From Escherichia phage vB_EcoP_WFI101126: 64,000 nt of DNA. The stretch lies in sequence record NC_070991.1; one strand, written 5' to 3'. A program made the position numbers and the translations under genes. The notes beneath the pieces are model-generated. The model did no database searches and had not been told where the DNA came from. It saw only the letters and a program-made list of their open reading frames with translations. Positions 40,710-49,432 of the stretch are shown one piece after another; within the stretch, counting starts at the first letter, position 1; each line of letters begins with the position of its first letter.

Positions 40710-40718
40710 TGAATGGTG

Positions 40719-40967
40719 TTAAAACTCTGCTAAGTACTTAATATCAGAGGCATATACCTCATCAAAGGAAATAGGCTCTCCGTTGTAGAGGAGTTCTATT
40801 TTCAGTATACCAGAGCATTTAGTGTCTTTAGAGTCAACTCTGATAGAGAGTTTATCAACTATCTGAGCTTTAATCTCTTCTATTACTGACTCTTGAGTAT
40901 TACTCACTCCACCCTCCCGGTGGTACAAAATCATCAGGAACGTCAATGATAGTAGGTTCTCCATCAT
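40719..40967 (-). CDS. hypothetical protein (82 aa)
   Basis: ORF track. Confidence 0.4.
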   Translation of the reverse strand: MMENLLSLTFLMILYHREGGVSNTQESVIEEIKAQIVDKLSIRVDSKDTKCSGILKIELLYNGEPISFDEVYASDIKYLAEF

Positions 40968-41081
40968 TCATGCAGGTGTCTTCATTGAACTCTTCACACT
41001 CAAAACATGCTCGTTCGATATTTTTGTAGAAGTCGATGGTTGCTGAACCATCACCACAATCTCGAATAACTAGAGCTACTT

Positions 41082-41825
41082 TCATTTATCTTGTTCCTTT
41101 TCCATAGCCTTAACAATAGCTTTACAGAAACCAGAACGAACAATGTCATCCGATTCGCCGTCTACAATCTCAGCGAACTCATACAGATCATGTTCATCAA
41201 TAAAGTTGGTAGCCCAAGTAAGACCGCTCTCACGACCACGCATATCATGCTGGTTAGTATCACCCATGCAGAACAGCTGAGAGGTTTCTCCCAATCGAGT
41301 CATGATTGAGAAGGCTTCATCTTTAGTGGTGTTCTGGAACTCATCAACAATAACAATAGCATCATTGAAAGAACGACCACGGAGATACTCCAGAGGTACA
41401 AATTCAATGTTACCATTTCCGATTTGGCATTCATAAAACCCTTTACCATATCGCTGAGTAATAACATCAATGATAGGCATCAGGTAGGGTTCAAACTTCT
41501 CACGCATCCCTCCCGGAAGCAACCCAAGAGAGTTGCCCATACCGACTGAAGGACGACTCAGGATAATCTTCTGAATCTTACCACTCTTCAGTGCATCAAT
41601 AACTGTGGAAGTGATTACAAAGGTCTTACCACAGCCCGCAGGAGCGTCTGTGAACACAACTTGTTTAGTCTTGATAGCATTTAGTAGTTCAGACTGAAAC
41701 TGGTTCTGAGGGACTACAGGCTTCGCTAAAACCACTTCTTCAAACTCTCGCTTACCTTTACGAGTGACAAGTGCTTCCCGACGAAGATCTTTCCGTGATT
41801 CTTTCCGTGATTGACGACGACTCAT
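41082..41825 (-). CDS. phoH: PhoH-like ATPase
   Basis: DAPAGCGKTF Walker A, PLEYLRGRSFNDA, IVIVDEFQN Walker B; PhoH family pattern. Confidence 0.8.
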   Translation of the reverse strand: MSRRQSRKESRKDLRREALVTRKGKREFEEVVLAKPVVPQNQFQSELLNAIKTKQVVFTDAPAGCGKTFVITSTVIDALKSGKIQKIILSRPSVGMGNSLGLLPGGMREKFEPYLMPIIDVITQRYGKGFYECQIGNGNIEFVPLEYLRGRSFNDAIVIVDEFQNTTKDEAFSIMTRLGETSQLFCMGDTNQHDMRGRESGLTWATNFIDEHDLYEFAEIVDGESDDIVRSGFCKAIVKAMEKEQDK

Positions 41826-42019
41826 TTACGCTCTCCAATTTCTTCGTAATGACATTCAGTAGTTAAACAATCTTTACAGATTGCTGTGTAAACTCTGACG
41901 TTAGTAAATCGTTTGTTCTTCCCTTTGGTTGGAGAGCCTTTGGCAAGCTCTCTGATAACCTTGTTACTTAAGTGAAGGTTTGTCCCTTCACATTTAGAGC
42001 ACTTCACCACAAAGTCCAT
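41822..42019 (-). CDS. small zinc-ribbon protein
   Basis: CSKCEG...CKDC Cys pairs. Confidence 0.45.
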   Translation of the reverse strand: MDFVVKCSKCEGTNLHLSNKVIRELAKGSPTKGKNKRFTNVRVYTAICKDCLTTECHYEEIGERK

Positions 42020-42204
42020 TCAGTAAGAGACCACAGAGAGTCACCTATGTTGGCATTGTCATTCCTGATGAGGTCTTTGATTTTATCAACATCAGTTAAG
42101 TGAGTCACATTCAAAATATCCTCAACATCCGGGGCATATTTAAATATGGCAACAATACTGTTGTGATCTTCAGCATATCTTTCTAGAACATAAACTGAAC
42201 TCAT
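42004..42204 (-). CDS. hypothetical protein (66 aa)
   Basis: ORF track. Confidence 0.4.
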   Translation of the reverse strand: MSSVYVLERYAEDHNSIVAIFKYAPDVEDILNVTHLTDVDKIKDLIRNDNANIGDSLWSLTEWTLW

Positions 42205-42345
42205 TTGAAATCCTCTAACTTAGTAGAGAGTTTAATGATGCTGTTAATACTAATAATCTGATCTTGAGAAAGAGTTCTACCTTTCATTTTACGGGACATC
42301 TTTCTTTTTGATTGTCTTTCTTGATAGAATCGGTTCTTTAAAGTC

Positions 42346-42669
42346 TTAACCATGACGTACACCTGTTTTAAGTCTGTAAACAGATAGGGCCATACAGGCC
42401 ACTGTTTCATTGTGTGGGAGATGCATTCCTGTAGAACCATCCCAATCTTTGAACTCGTTGTCAAAAACTCCGGTAGGTTCTGGATAGAGGTCTTGCAACT
42501 CAACCAAATCGTTAGCAACTTGTTGCCATTTATCATCAGACCAGATAGGGTCATCCAACCAGTAATACAAATAGGAATGGATGATCAATTGCCTTCTATG
42601 CCGATTGATTACTTCAGCGGGACTTATCTCACTTCCATTTGAAGTCCTAAATGTATTACTGTCAATCAT
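42346..42669 (-). CDS. hypothetical protein (107 aa)
   Basis: ORF track; overlapping 42201..42554 ORF judged less likely. Confidence 0.4.
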   Translation of the reverse strand: MIDSNTFRTSNGSEISPAEVINRHRRQLIIHSYLYYWLDDPIWSDDKWQQVANDLVELQDLYPEPTGVFDNEFKDWDGSTGMHLPHNETVACMALSVYRLKTGVRHG

Positions 42670-42920
42670 TTCACAACCTTAAATTTGAATGTTGTTGGGT
42701 GATAATAGTGCAACCTGTTAATGGTGTGCTTTGTTTCAAGATATATCCTACAAGAGTGACACATAACATGAGATAAACCAGTCACAGGGTTGGGTTTGAA
42801 GTTGGCGATAGGCTTCTCTTTCTTACAGAAACTACAGACTTTCTTTTCCATCTTTTCTCCAGTGGTCAACGAATTGCTGAAACACTTTATGGTCGAATGT
42901 GAAACCTCGAGCAATCCCAC
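42666..42920 (-). CDS. hypothetical Cys-rich protein
   Basis: CSFCKKEK...CHSCRIY. Confidence 0.4.
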   Translation of the reverse strand: MGLLEVSHSTIKCFSNSLTTGEKMEKKVCSFCKKEKPIANFKPNPVTGLSHVMCHSCRIYLETKHTINRLHYYHPTTFKFKVVK

Positions 42921-43214
42921 ACTCTATGAAAGTAGAAGGCATATAGTCTACATCATCTTTAGATGTATGACCATAAACTTGAATAAGCTTTTTAATCCTA
43001 TCCTTCTCTCTTCGAGGAAGCATTCTAAATGCCTCCTGAATATCTGTAATGTGTTTGATTTTCATCAGAAATTCCTGCTAATCCTCTGAGTTGTGGGAAC
43101 AGCAATATTCACATACTCCACAACAAGGGCAAATATCTACACTTGGGTCGTATGCATCATCAACTGTCATCCCACACTTGGTGCAGAACACATCATCATC
43201 TTCCTCTTCCAATA

Positions 43215-43469
43215 TTAGCCCTCCAAACAAGAACCATTAGACAGTAATTCCACGCTGTCAAGTGTGTAATAATAACCAAAGAATGGGGATGTTAACTTGG
43301 AAACCTTTTTATCAAAAAGAGATTGAGAAACACTCTCTTCTACTCCAACATCTTCAAGCTGTTGTTTTGTAGGATAGTCAGTGAAAGAGCAAAGCACTTC
43401 TATGTCCTCCCCTATGTCCGTGTCTTCAACACGGCTCAGAATCCAAATATCCTTCTTAACCATTTCCAC
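43215..43469 (-). CDS. hypothetical acidic protein (84 aa)
   Basis: ORF track. Confidence 0.4.
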   Translation of the reverse strand: MEMVKKDIWILSRVEDTDIGEDIEVLCSFTDYPTKQQLEDVGVEESVSQSLFDKKVSKLTSPFFGYYYTLDSVELLSNGSCLEG

Positions 43470-44121
43470 TCTCCAAAGTTTTCTTCAGAGCTGCCCACGA
43501 GATAGGGTAGAGCTTCGCCATCTCTTCGTCTACGGATTTAGCAAATACTCGAACTTCGTATTGAGCGTGAGAGGAGAGTCGCTGACGACACAACTCAAAC
43601 CATCCATACAAAGAACCAGTCCACACCCACTCAGTGATCATCCCCTGAGGGAGTACAAATCGGGCTTGCTCTGGTGCAATAAATTCAATCAACTTGTCAT
43701 ATGCTGCTAGAGAAGCTTCATATGCATCGTTAATTAACATTAATGCTTCAGCTCGCTCTCCGTCGATGAGCTGAACCCCTGAACCTGCATGGAGGTCCGA
43801 AGGTCTCGCAAAAATCTCTTTAGGGATGAAGACTTCAACTGCTCCATCTTTATACCGCCGGGACATTTCGTTCCACGAGAATCCAACCTGATGCTTGCCC
43901 AGCTGTCTCGCAATTGCGATAGGTGCTTTGCATCGGAAACTGACTTGCGGGTGTCGGAATGGGGTAACATGCTTCTCTCTTGCGAGGAAGTTGATGAGAC
44001 GTTCATCACGTTCATTTAAATCACCTTCACGGGTTACGCCAAAGGAAACTCGAGCTGCGTTTACTACGCTACGATCACTTCCCATAGCTTCGATTAATGT
44101 TGCTTGTAATTGTTCATTCAT
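43456..44121 (-). CDS. thyX: flavin-dependent thymidylate synthase (ThyX family), divergent motif
   Basis: AARVSF...TPFRHPQVSFRCKAPIAIARQ...NEMSRRY...SHAQYE resembles ThyX; canonical RHR appears as KHQ. Confidence 0.65.
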   Translation of the reverse strand: MNEQLQATLIEAMGSDRSVVNAARVSFGVTREGDLNERDERLINFLAREKHVTPFRHPQVSFRCKAPIAIARQLGKHQVGFSWNEMSRRYKDGAVEVFIPKEIFARPSDLHAGSGVQLIDGERAEALMLINDAYEASLAAYDKLIEFIAPEQARFVLPQGMITEWVWTGSLYGWFELCRQRLSSHAQYEVRVFAKSVDEEMAKLYPISWAALKKTLESGNG

Positions 44122-44136
44122 CCGTGAATTTCCTTA

Positions 44137-44346
44137 TTAATATTCCTTGATTGGGGATACCACAAAACCACCAAGAGGTGAGGTAAAAGATTTATGTAAG
44201 CTTATTTTGCTATAAATCTTTGGAGCCATCTTAAGAGCCTTCTTAAAACGACGAGCATCTTTACGAGTAGCAAAATGCTCTGTAACAGGTATAGAATGGT
44301 CTTGGTAGATATAATACATCACCGTCCAGTATTTTCCCATAATCAA
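44137..44346 (-). CDS. small basic protein, member of a 4-gene paralog family
   Basis: Shares F.TR..AR..KK ... S.H ... KV.Y pattern with 46201..46816 genes. Confidence 0.5.
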   Translation of the reverse strand: MIMGKYWTVMYYIYQDHSIPVTEHFATRKDARRFKKALKMAPKIYSKISLHKSFTSPLGGFVVSPIKEY

Positions 44347-44615
44347 ACACCTAGTGCAGTAGTTAAAAATGCTTTCAGGTTTGCCTCAGTCTGCATACCA
44401 GAGAGGCTGTAGTGTGCACCACTGTTACGGTCAGGTACGACGAAAGCAGGTATGCTTCGTACACCATATTTAACAGCTTGTTCACGACCATCTCCTTCAA
44501 GGATGTTAATCTCTTCCACTTCTACATCAAACTCCCTAACAACCTTCTCAAAGGTAGGAGCCATTGCTTTACATGGAGCACACTGATCACTATAAAACTT
44601 AATTACTTTACTCAT
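44343..44615 (-). CDS. thioredoxin (start trimmed to ATG 44615)
   Basis: FYSDQCAPCKAMAP: CxxC active site in thioredoxin-fold context. Confidence 0.7.
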   Translation of the reverse strand: MSKVIKFYSDQCAPCKAMAPTFEKVVREFDVEVEEINILEGDGREQAVKYGVRSIPAFVVPDRNSGAHYSLSGMQTEANLKAFLTTALGV

Positions 44616-44805
44616 TCTATTCCTTGTTAATAAACAGATTGATATGACGCTGGGTAGCAGGAACAACAATAAAAGATTTATACTGACCTTTTGCTAAGTC
44701 ATGAGCAATCTTCTTTGTCTGACCAAGACCCATCACACAGCCACTAACGATAATGGCATGTGCTTGTAATTCTTCAGGTAGGTTTAGTTTCACTCTTTGG
44801 GTTCC

Positions 44806-44991
44806 TTATAGCATACAAAGAATAATAACAAGAGGTAGTGTTATAGCAAAATGTACCAGAACAACACTACCTAGCTTGATAGCTTTAACATCCTCTTCTG
44901 CTGGGTTTTCTTTAATTGCTAAATTTCGAGCTTTATATATAACAGTACCAACTATTAACGACCACACGGCCCACACAATCAGTGAAATCAT
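44806..44991 (-). CDS. small two-TM membrane protein (61 aa)
   Basis: MISLIVWAVWSLIVG...; paralogous to 45001..45180. Confidence 0.45.
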   Translation of the reverse strand: MISLIVWAVWSLIVGTVIYKARNLAIKENPAEEDVKAIKLGSVVLVHFAITLPLVIILCML

Positions 44992-45000
44992 ATCAAATCC

Positions 45001-45180
45001 TTATGCAGTCAGGAGGTGAAGCAGGAATGGGATAACAACAGCTACGATAACCATGATAGTTGATGCTGTTTGAATCTCACCTTTCTTATCAGGAGTTTCT
45101 TCAATAAGCTTACCAGAAGCCCAATAAATACCACCACCAATAAAGATAGCCCAAATACCCCATACGATTGCTGATAACAT
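45001..45180 (-). CDS. small two-TM membrane protein (59 aa), paralog of 44806..44991
   Basis: Hand-translated MLSAIVWGIWAIFIGGGIYWA...; AAGGA Shine-Dalgarno. Confidence 0.45.
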   Translation of the reverse strand: MLSAIVWGIWAIFIGGGIYWASGKLIEETPDKKGEIQTASTIMVIVAVVIPFLLHLLTA

Positions 45181-45241
45181 ATATCTATATCCTTATAAAT
45201 AAGTTCGCCCCACCTCGGGTTAGGAGACAGGGCGGAGGTTT

Positions 45242-45853
45242 TTAGTAAGACACGTCACCACTTGAATGGGACATGTTGCTCTTGACGAAGTAGCAATACT
45301 TGCCAAGACCTTCATTAATTTCTTGAAGCATACTCTGATCGACAGGGTAGGATGCTAAATCGCCATCAAACTCATCCATCTTCTCAATAATACACATCAA
45401 GGTCATGCACATATCAGAGAGCATACCGTCCATATCCAGATCAGCATTACCCTCTGAGAACCAAGCATGGGAGAGGTAGTTAGCTGCTGTAGCATCCACC
45501 TTAACACAATGGTATCGCATACGCTCAGCAATACGATCTCCTACTTGTCGTGCGTAATCTTCCAGCTCATCAAACATACCATGAACACCCTGAAATCCTG
45601 CACCAGAGACATTCCAGTGGTAGTTCTTAGCTTTGATATGCAAGAGTTCCATGTTAGTTTGTAAGCAGCTTAGGATGTGTTCTAGGCTGTTTCCACTAAT
45701 CATACCCTGCATAGTTTCAAGGCGAGAGATTGAAAGCTCAGACCGGTCTAACATGTTATATTCTGCACGACCCATCTCAGGTAAATCAAAGACATTCTTA
45801 TGCATTTGGGTTTTCTCCATCAAGTTCAACTGAGTTAGCAACGTTACGTGCAA
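45242..45853 (-). CDS. Dps/ferritin-like protein (true start possibly 45820 or 45805)
   Basis: HWNVSGAGFQGVHGMFDELEDY matches the Dps ferroxidase-site pattern HWN..G..F..H..DE. Confidence 0.6.
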   Translation of the reverse strand: MHVTLLTQLNLMEKTQMHKNVFDLPEMGRAEYNMLDRSELSISRLETMQGMISGNSLEHILSCLQTNMELLHIKAKNYHWNVSGAGFQGVHGMFDELEDYARQVGDRIAERMRYHCVKVDATAANYLSHAWFSEGNADLDMDGMLSDMCMTLMCIIEKMDEFDGDLASYPVDQSMLQEINEGLGKYCYFVKSNMSHSSGDVSY

Positions 45854-46127
45854 TATTATCCATTACCTGCTGGGTAATTACGATGCAGTTCTGTGGGTCT
45901 ACTGACTTAGAACGCCCCATTTCAGGGTCATACACCTTAACTCGCTTAGCAGTTGAACCTGTAACCTGAAGAACCTTCAACAGATATCCCTGATTACCAA
46001 TAGACCAAGCAACAACATCACGATTCTTGATAAAGCGACCAAGCATATCACGATGATAAAACTGTTGCATCACCTTGGATTTTGTAATCTCTTCAGTGGG
46101 CGGGGCCACTTTACTCAAATCTAACAT
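45798..46127 (-). CDS. hypothetical protein (109 aa)
   Basis: ORF track. Confidence 0.45.
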   Translation of the reverse strand: MLDLSKVAPPTEEITKSKVMQQFYHRDMLGRFIKNRDVVAWSIGNQGYLLKVLQVTGSTAKRVKVYDPEMGRSKSVDPQNCIVITQQVMDNIARNVANSVELDGENPNA

Positions 46128-46165
46128 AACTCTCTCCTGTAAAAATACAAATTCTTATTGTACTC

Positions 46166-46175
46166 TATATACATT
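46166..46175 (-). promoter_or_regulatory. AAATGTATAT motif variant, about 39 nt upstream of ATG 46127
   Basis: Read directly. Confidence 0.35.
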
Positions 46176-46200
46176 TGAGAGTTACCATATCTACTACCAA

Positions 46201-46410
46201 TCAGTAATAAATTACTTTAGACATAAAAGAACCCGAGCTAGGGTCTTCGTACCAGCGATGAATGTCAGCACTTTTAACAGTTCCTATTAGAGCTTTCATG
46301 TTCTTTTTAGCGACACGAGCCTCTTTGCGAGTGTTAAACAGTTTGATATTATCTTTACCTAAGTGTTGTTTCTGTTCCCAAACAACACGAACAGCCCACA
46401 TCTTTTTCAT
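46201..46410 (-). CDS. small basic protein, paralog family member
   Basis: Tandem with two further copies; conserved TR..AR..KK and C-terminal KV.YY. Confidence 0.5.
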   Translation of the reverse strand: MKKMWAVRVVWEQKQHLGKDNIKLFNTRKEARVAKKNMKALIGTVKSADIHRWYEDPSSGSFMSKVIYY

Positions 46411-46619
46411 TAGTAATGTACCTTTCCGCTGATATAAATACGACCAGAAGAATACTCTTTGGCCTTATGGATACTGATACTGTTGACCACGTCACCAATA
46501 AGCATAGTCTTTTTAAAATCTCTAGCTTGTTGGCGAGTGGGCAGTGCAGTCATAGTCATACCACCTGATGCCCACTTAATCTTTGCTAACCAAAATTGTC
46601 TCATAGTGATTGGTCTCAT
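46410..46619 (-). CDS. small basic protein, paralog family member
   Basis: As above; 1-nt overlaps between consecutive genes. Confidence 0.5.
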   Translation of the reverse strand: MRPITMRQFWLAKIKWASGGMTMTALPTRQQARDFKKTMLIGDVVNSISIHKAKEYSSGRIYISGKVHY

Positions 46620-46816
46620 TAATAATAAACCTTGCTGTTGGCAAAAAGAGCACCTTCGTTATTCACAATAGCTTTTCCTATTGTAATCTTACCTGACAGA
46701 CCTATCCCCTTAAAAAGCTTCTTAATTCGACGGGCGTGCTCTCGAGTATTAACAAAATCTACAGATTTTATATCACCTGTCTTGTTATCATGTACACGAA
46801 CAATCCACTTTTTCAT
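46619..46816 (-). CDS. small basic protein, paralog family member
   Basis: As above. Confidence 0.5.
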   Translation of the reverse strand: MKKWIVRVHDNKTGDIKSVDFVNTREHARRIKKLFKGIGLSGKITIGKAIVNNEGALFANSKVYY

Positions 46817-47019
46817 TTTACTAAACCTTTCATATAATCATAAAGAGCATTAGAAGCTTTACCCCATTCAAGGTGCTTCTTATCCATATAACTCTTACAG
46901 GTTTCTTTACTGCTTTCATCACAAATATCAAATCGATGACATGCTCGACCAAATACCATGGCTTTTAACTGAACATCGGTAGTTAGATATTTAAGTTCTT
47001 GAAACTCTTCTTTAGTCAT
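46813..47019 (-). CDS. hypothetical protein (68 aa)
   Basis: ORF track. Confidence 0.4.
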   Translation of the reverse strand: MTKEEFQELKYLTTDVQLKAMVFGRACHRFDICDESSKETCKSYMDKKHLEWGKASNALYDYMKGLVK

Positions 47020-47553
47020 TTACACACCTTTAGATGCAACTACACCTTCAGAGTTATTATAACGACCCTTCACTGCATAGGAGTGTTCCCCTGCATGAGA
47101 GTGCTCAAACATGACCATCTGACCAACACGCATACCAGCACGAACTCGTAAGCTATGATGCTTGGTTACGTTATGGAACTCAAATGTCAGCTTACTGCTG
47201 TTAAACCCTGCGTCTGCCCACCCGGCGTGGAGATGGTTCAAACCACAACGAGCCATAGACGAACGCAGAACAAACAGACTTGAGATGTTATCTGGAAGAT
47301 TAAACTCCTCCATAGAGTGAGCCAAGAAAAACTGACCCGGAGTGATAACCAAACCCTCTTCAGGAATCTTTACTTCTTTCCACTGAAGATTCTCTTTCGC
47401 ATCAATATCAACGATGCCATCAGCCTGTTCTTCAACAAGGATAGTATCACCAATACGGATATCCACACTAGCAGCGTTAACATACTTATGCTCCGCATCC
47501 AGATAGCCATTGTCAATTACATCGTGCAGTTCAACACTTCCTAGTAAACTCAT
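47020..47553 (-). CDS. dCTP deaminase / dUTPase-family enzyme
   Basis: ASVDIRIGD...HAGWADAGFNSSKLTFEFHN...RVGQMVMF matches dCTP deaminase/dUTPase trimer fold motifs. Confidence 0.7.
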   Translation of the reverse strand: MSLLGSVELHDVIDNGYLDAEHKYVNAASVDIRIGDTILVEEQADGIVDIDAKENLQWKEVKIPEEGLVITPGQFFLAHSMEEFNLPDNISSLFVLRSSMARCGLNHLHAGWADAGFNSSKLTFEFHNVTKHHSLRVRAGMRVGQMVMFEHSHAGEHSYAVKGRYNNSEGVVASKGV

Positions 47554-47562
47554 TCTTATTCC

Positions 47563-48873
47563 TTAGTTATTTGTTTCCATGTCAAAAGAGATTCCACGAC
47601 CCGCTTCATCGGCAAACCGATCATCGAGACTGTGACTGACAGTATCAGCAAGTTCTTCATGAGAGGGAATGTCAAGACTACCTACCACATCTTGAGCAGA
47701 AGCTTCATCAGTCCAGATAACACGAGAAGGGGCGTTGATATCACCAACAGCAAAACCCTGACCAGAGAACTGGTGACGGCTAACAGTCAAACCATTTGAT
47801 CGACTACGAGAAGGACTAGACATCCATCTCTCCATAGAATCACTTGTAATGCCAAGAGCTTCTTCAAAAGATGTTCTACGAGAAGAGCTTAGATTTCGTG
47901 CTTCATTTGCTCGGCGTCTTGTAGGGGCTACAAACACCCCTTCGATTGCGTTATGACGACTAGGCTCTTCTTCTCTACCAAGCAAATCACCACCCGTGTT
48001 AGTCGTTAAATTTGTCAACCCTTCAGACCAATACGCATAAATTTGACCAGACCCATGAAGACTTGACATAATCTGAATCTCTTCATAGGGGATTCCAAAG
48101 AATCGACTCATGTCACGGTTAACGCAATACTGAGCACTTGTTGTATCCTCAATAAGAGAAACCTGACCTAATCCATTAACCAGATGACTAACTGGCTGAG
48201 GTGTAGGAAGGTATCGAGTTTGGGCCATATATTGATATGCAACAGATGGAGCTGAGAATCTTAACACTTGTGAATTAGGCCACTTTTTGTGAACGTATCT
48301 GATTTCACGACTAGAAACAACCACAGGGCAAGGAGCGGTCATAGCTAAATACCCATGAGGGGTCATGAATAAGTTGTCAAGAGTCATCGCACCACGGCAC
48401 ATCATAGGAAAATTATCCAGAACCTCTTCAATAGAAGTAGGATAATTAAACATGAATTGGATACGAACCCCATTCCACTGAAACTCAATAATATCAGTGA
48501 ATGTTAATTGAGAACCCCCAGCATAGGACTCGTTTGTAGCCTCAGCAAGAAGAGATGAATACTCAATATCTTGTGACTCAAGCCATTCCTTCACGTTACT
48601 TTCAATTTCTCTTCCAAGAGCTTGCCAATGATCAGTTGATGTGAAAGTATTTTGGGTTCTTGGTGTTTGTCCTCTGACAATAAAGATATCAATGTCATGT
48701 GGAGCTGTGTTGTTAAGGACAGCATCACGAACAGCCCCACCAGTAATGATGGGACAGATACCGTCTGGAATCAAGTTGTTGTTAATCAACTGTTCAATGA
48801 AGTGACGACCAACAGTGATATCAGGTTGTTGAGCAACCTTATCTTCAATTCGGTTAATCGGGATAACAATCAT
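47563..48873 (-). CDS. pol-beta superfamily nucleotidyltransferase with CCA-adding-enzyme-like head motif
   Basis: ITGGAVRDAVLNNTAPHDIDIFIV (GGxVRD...DxD); remainder has no recognisable CCA body; start set to ATG 48873. Confidence 0.55.
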   Translation of the reverse strand: MIVIPINRIEDKVAQQPDITVGRHFIEQLINNNLIPDGICPIITGGAVRDAVLNNTAPHDIDIFIVRGQTPRTQNTFTSTDHWQALGREIESNVKEWLESQDIEYSSLLAEATNESYAGGSQLTFTDIIEFQWNGVRIQFMFNYPTSIEEVLDNFPMMCRGAMTLDNLFMTPHGYLAMTAPCPVVVSSREIRYVHKKWPNSQVLRFSAPSVAYQYMAQTRYLPTPQPVSHLVNGLGQVSLIEDTTSAQYCVNRDMSRFFGIPYEEIQIMSSLHGSGQIYAYWSEGLTNLTTNTGGDLLGREEEPSRHNAIEGVFVAPTRRRANEARNLSSSRRTSFEEALGITSDSMERWMSSPSRSRSNGLTVSRHQFSGQGFAVGDINAPSRVIWTDEASAQDVVGSLDIPSHEELADTVSHSLDDRFADEAGRGISFDMETNN

Positions 48874-48874
48874 T

Positions 48875-49432
48875 TTACATTTTCCAATATAATGAAGGTG
48901 GGTCGTAAGGGTCAAATCCTGTGAGTTCACACAAGAAAAGATAAACCTTAACAGTTAAGTTAACGTCCTGTTCACAATAAGTAAACATATCTTCAGTGAA
49001 AGCATCCCATGCTTCCTCTTGCTCGCCATAATCGCCCTTAAGTTCTCCTAAGAACTCACCCCACTGCTTCAAACCATGACCTCTTGGGCCACGTCTAGGG
49101 TCGCCTTTCGGATACTCAGGACTGTCACCAATACGGTCAGGTTTAAGATATCGACTAAGACATAAAGTGTCAAAGACGTTAAAACGATATTCAATTAGAT
49201 TAGGATACATTTTCTTCAGAGCACAAAGGTCGAAGTCAATAATATTATGACCCACGAGCACATCTGCTTCTGTCAGTTTACGAATCCCGTCTTCGATTTG
49301 GTGAGGCCGATAGCCCCACCTTTCACCAGTTTCAACATCGAAGATATAAATACACCATACTTTAGTTATGTCATCGTACAGTGCATTACTCTCGATATCG
49401 AATGCAAACACTTTCTTCTTTTTCTTTACCAC
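48875..49432 (-). CDS. DEDDy 3'-5' exonuclease, separate from polymerase
   Basis: [10 protein letters not shown] (Exo I), HNIIDFDL (Exo II), YCEQD (Exo III). Confidence 0.75.
   Translation of the reverse strand: MVKKKKKVFAFDIESNALYDDITKVWCIYIFDVETGERWGYRPHQIEDGIRKLTEADVLVGHNIIDFDLCALKKMYPNLIEYRFNVFDTLCLSRYLKPDRIGDSPEYPKGDPRRGPRGHGLKQWGEFLGELKGDYGEQEEAWDAFTEDMFTYCEQDVNLTVKVYLFLCELTGFDPYDPPSLYWKM

Noticed and set aside
43740-44140. Plus- and minus-strand ORFs (43740..44015, 43789..44019, 43895..44140) overlapping the ThyX-like gene
   Set aside because: ThyX-like frame has strong family motifs; alternatives are Ser/Arg-rich antisense artefacts.
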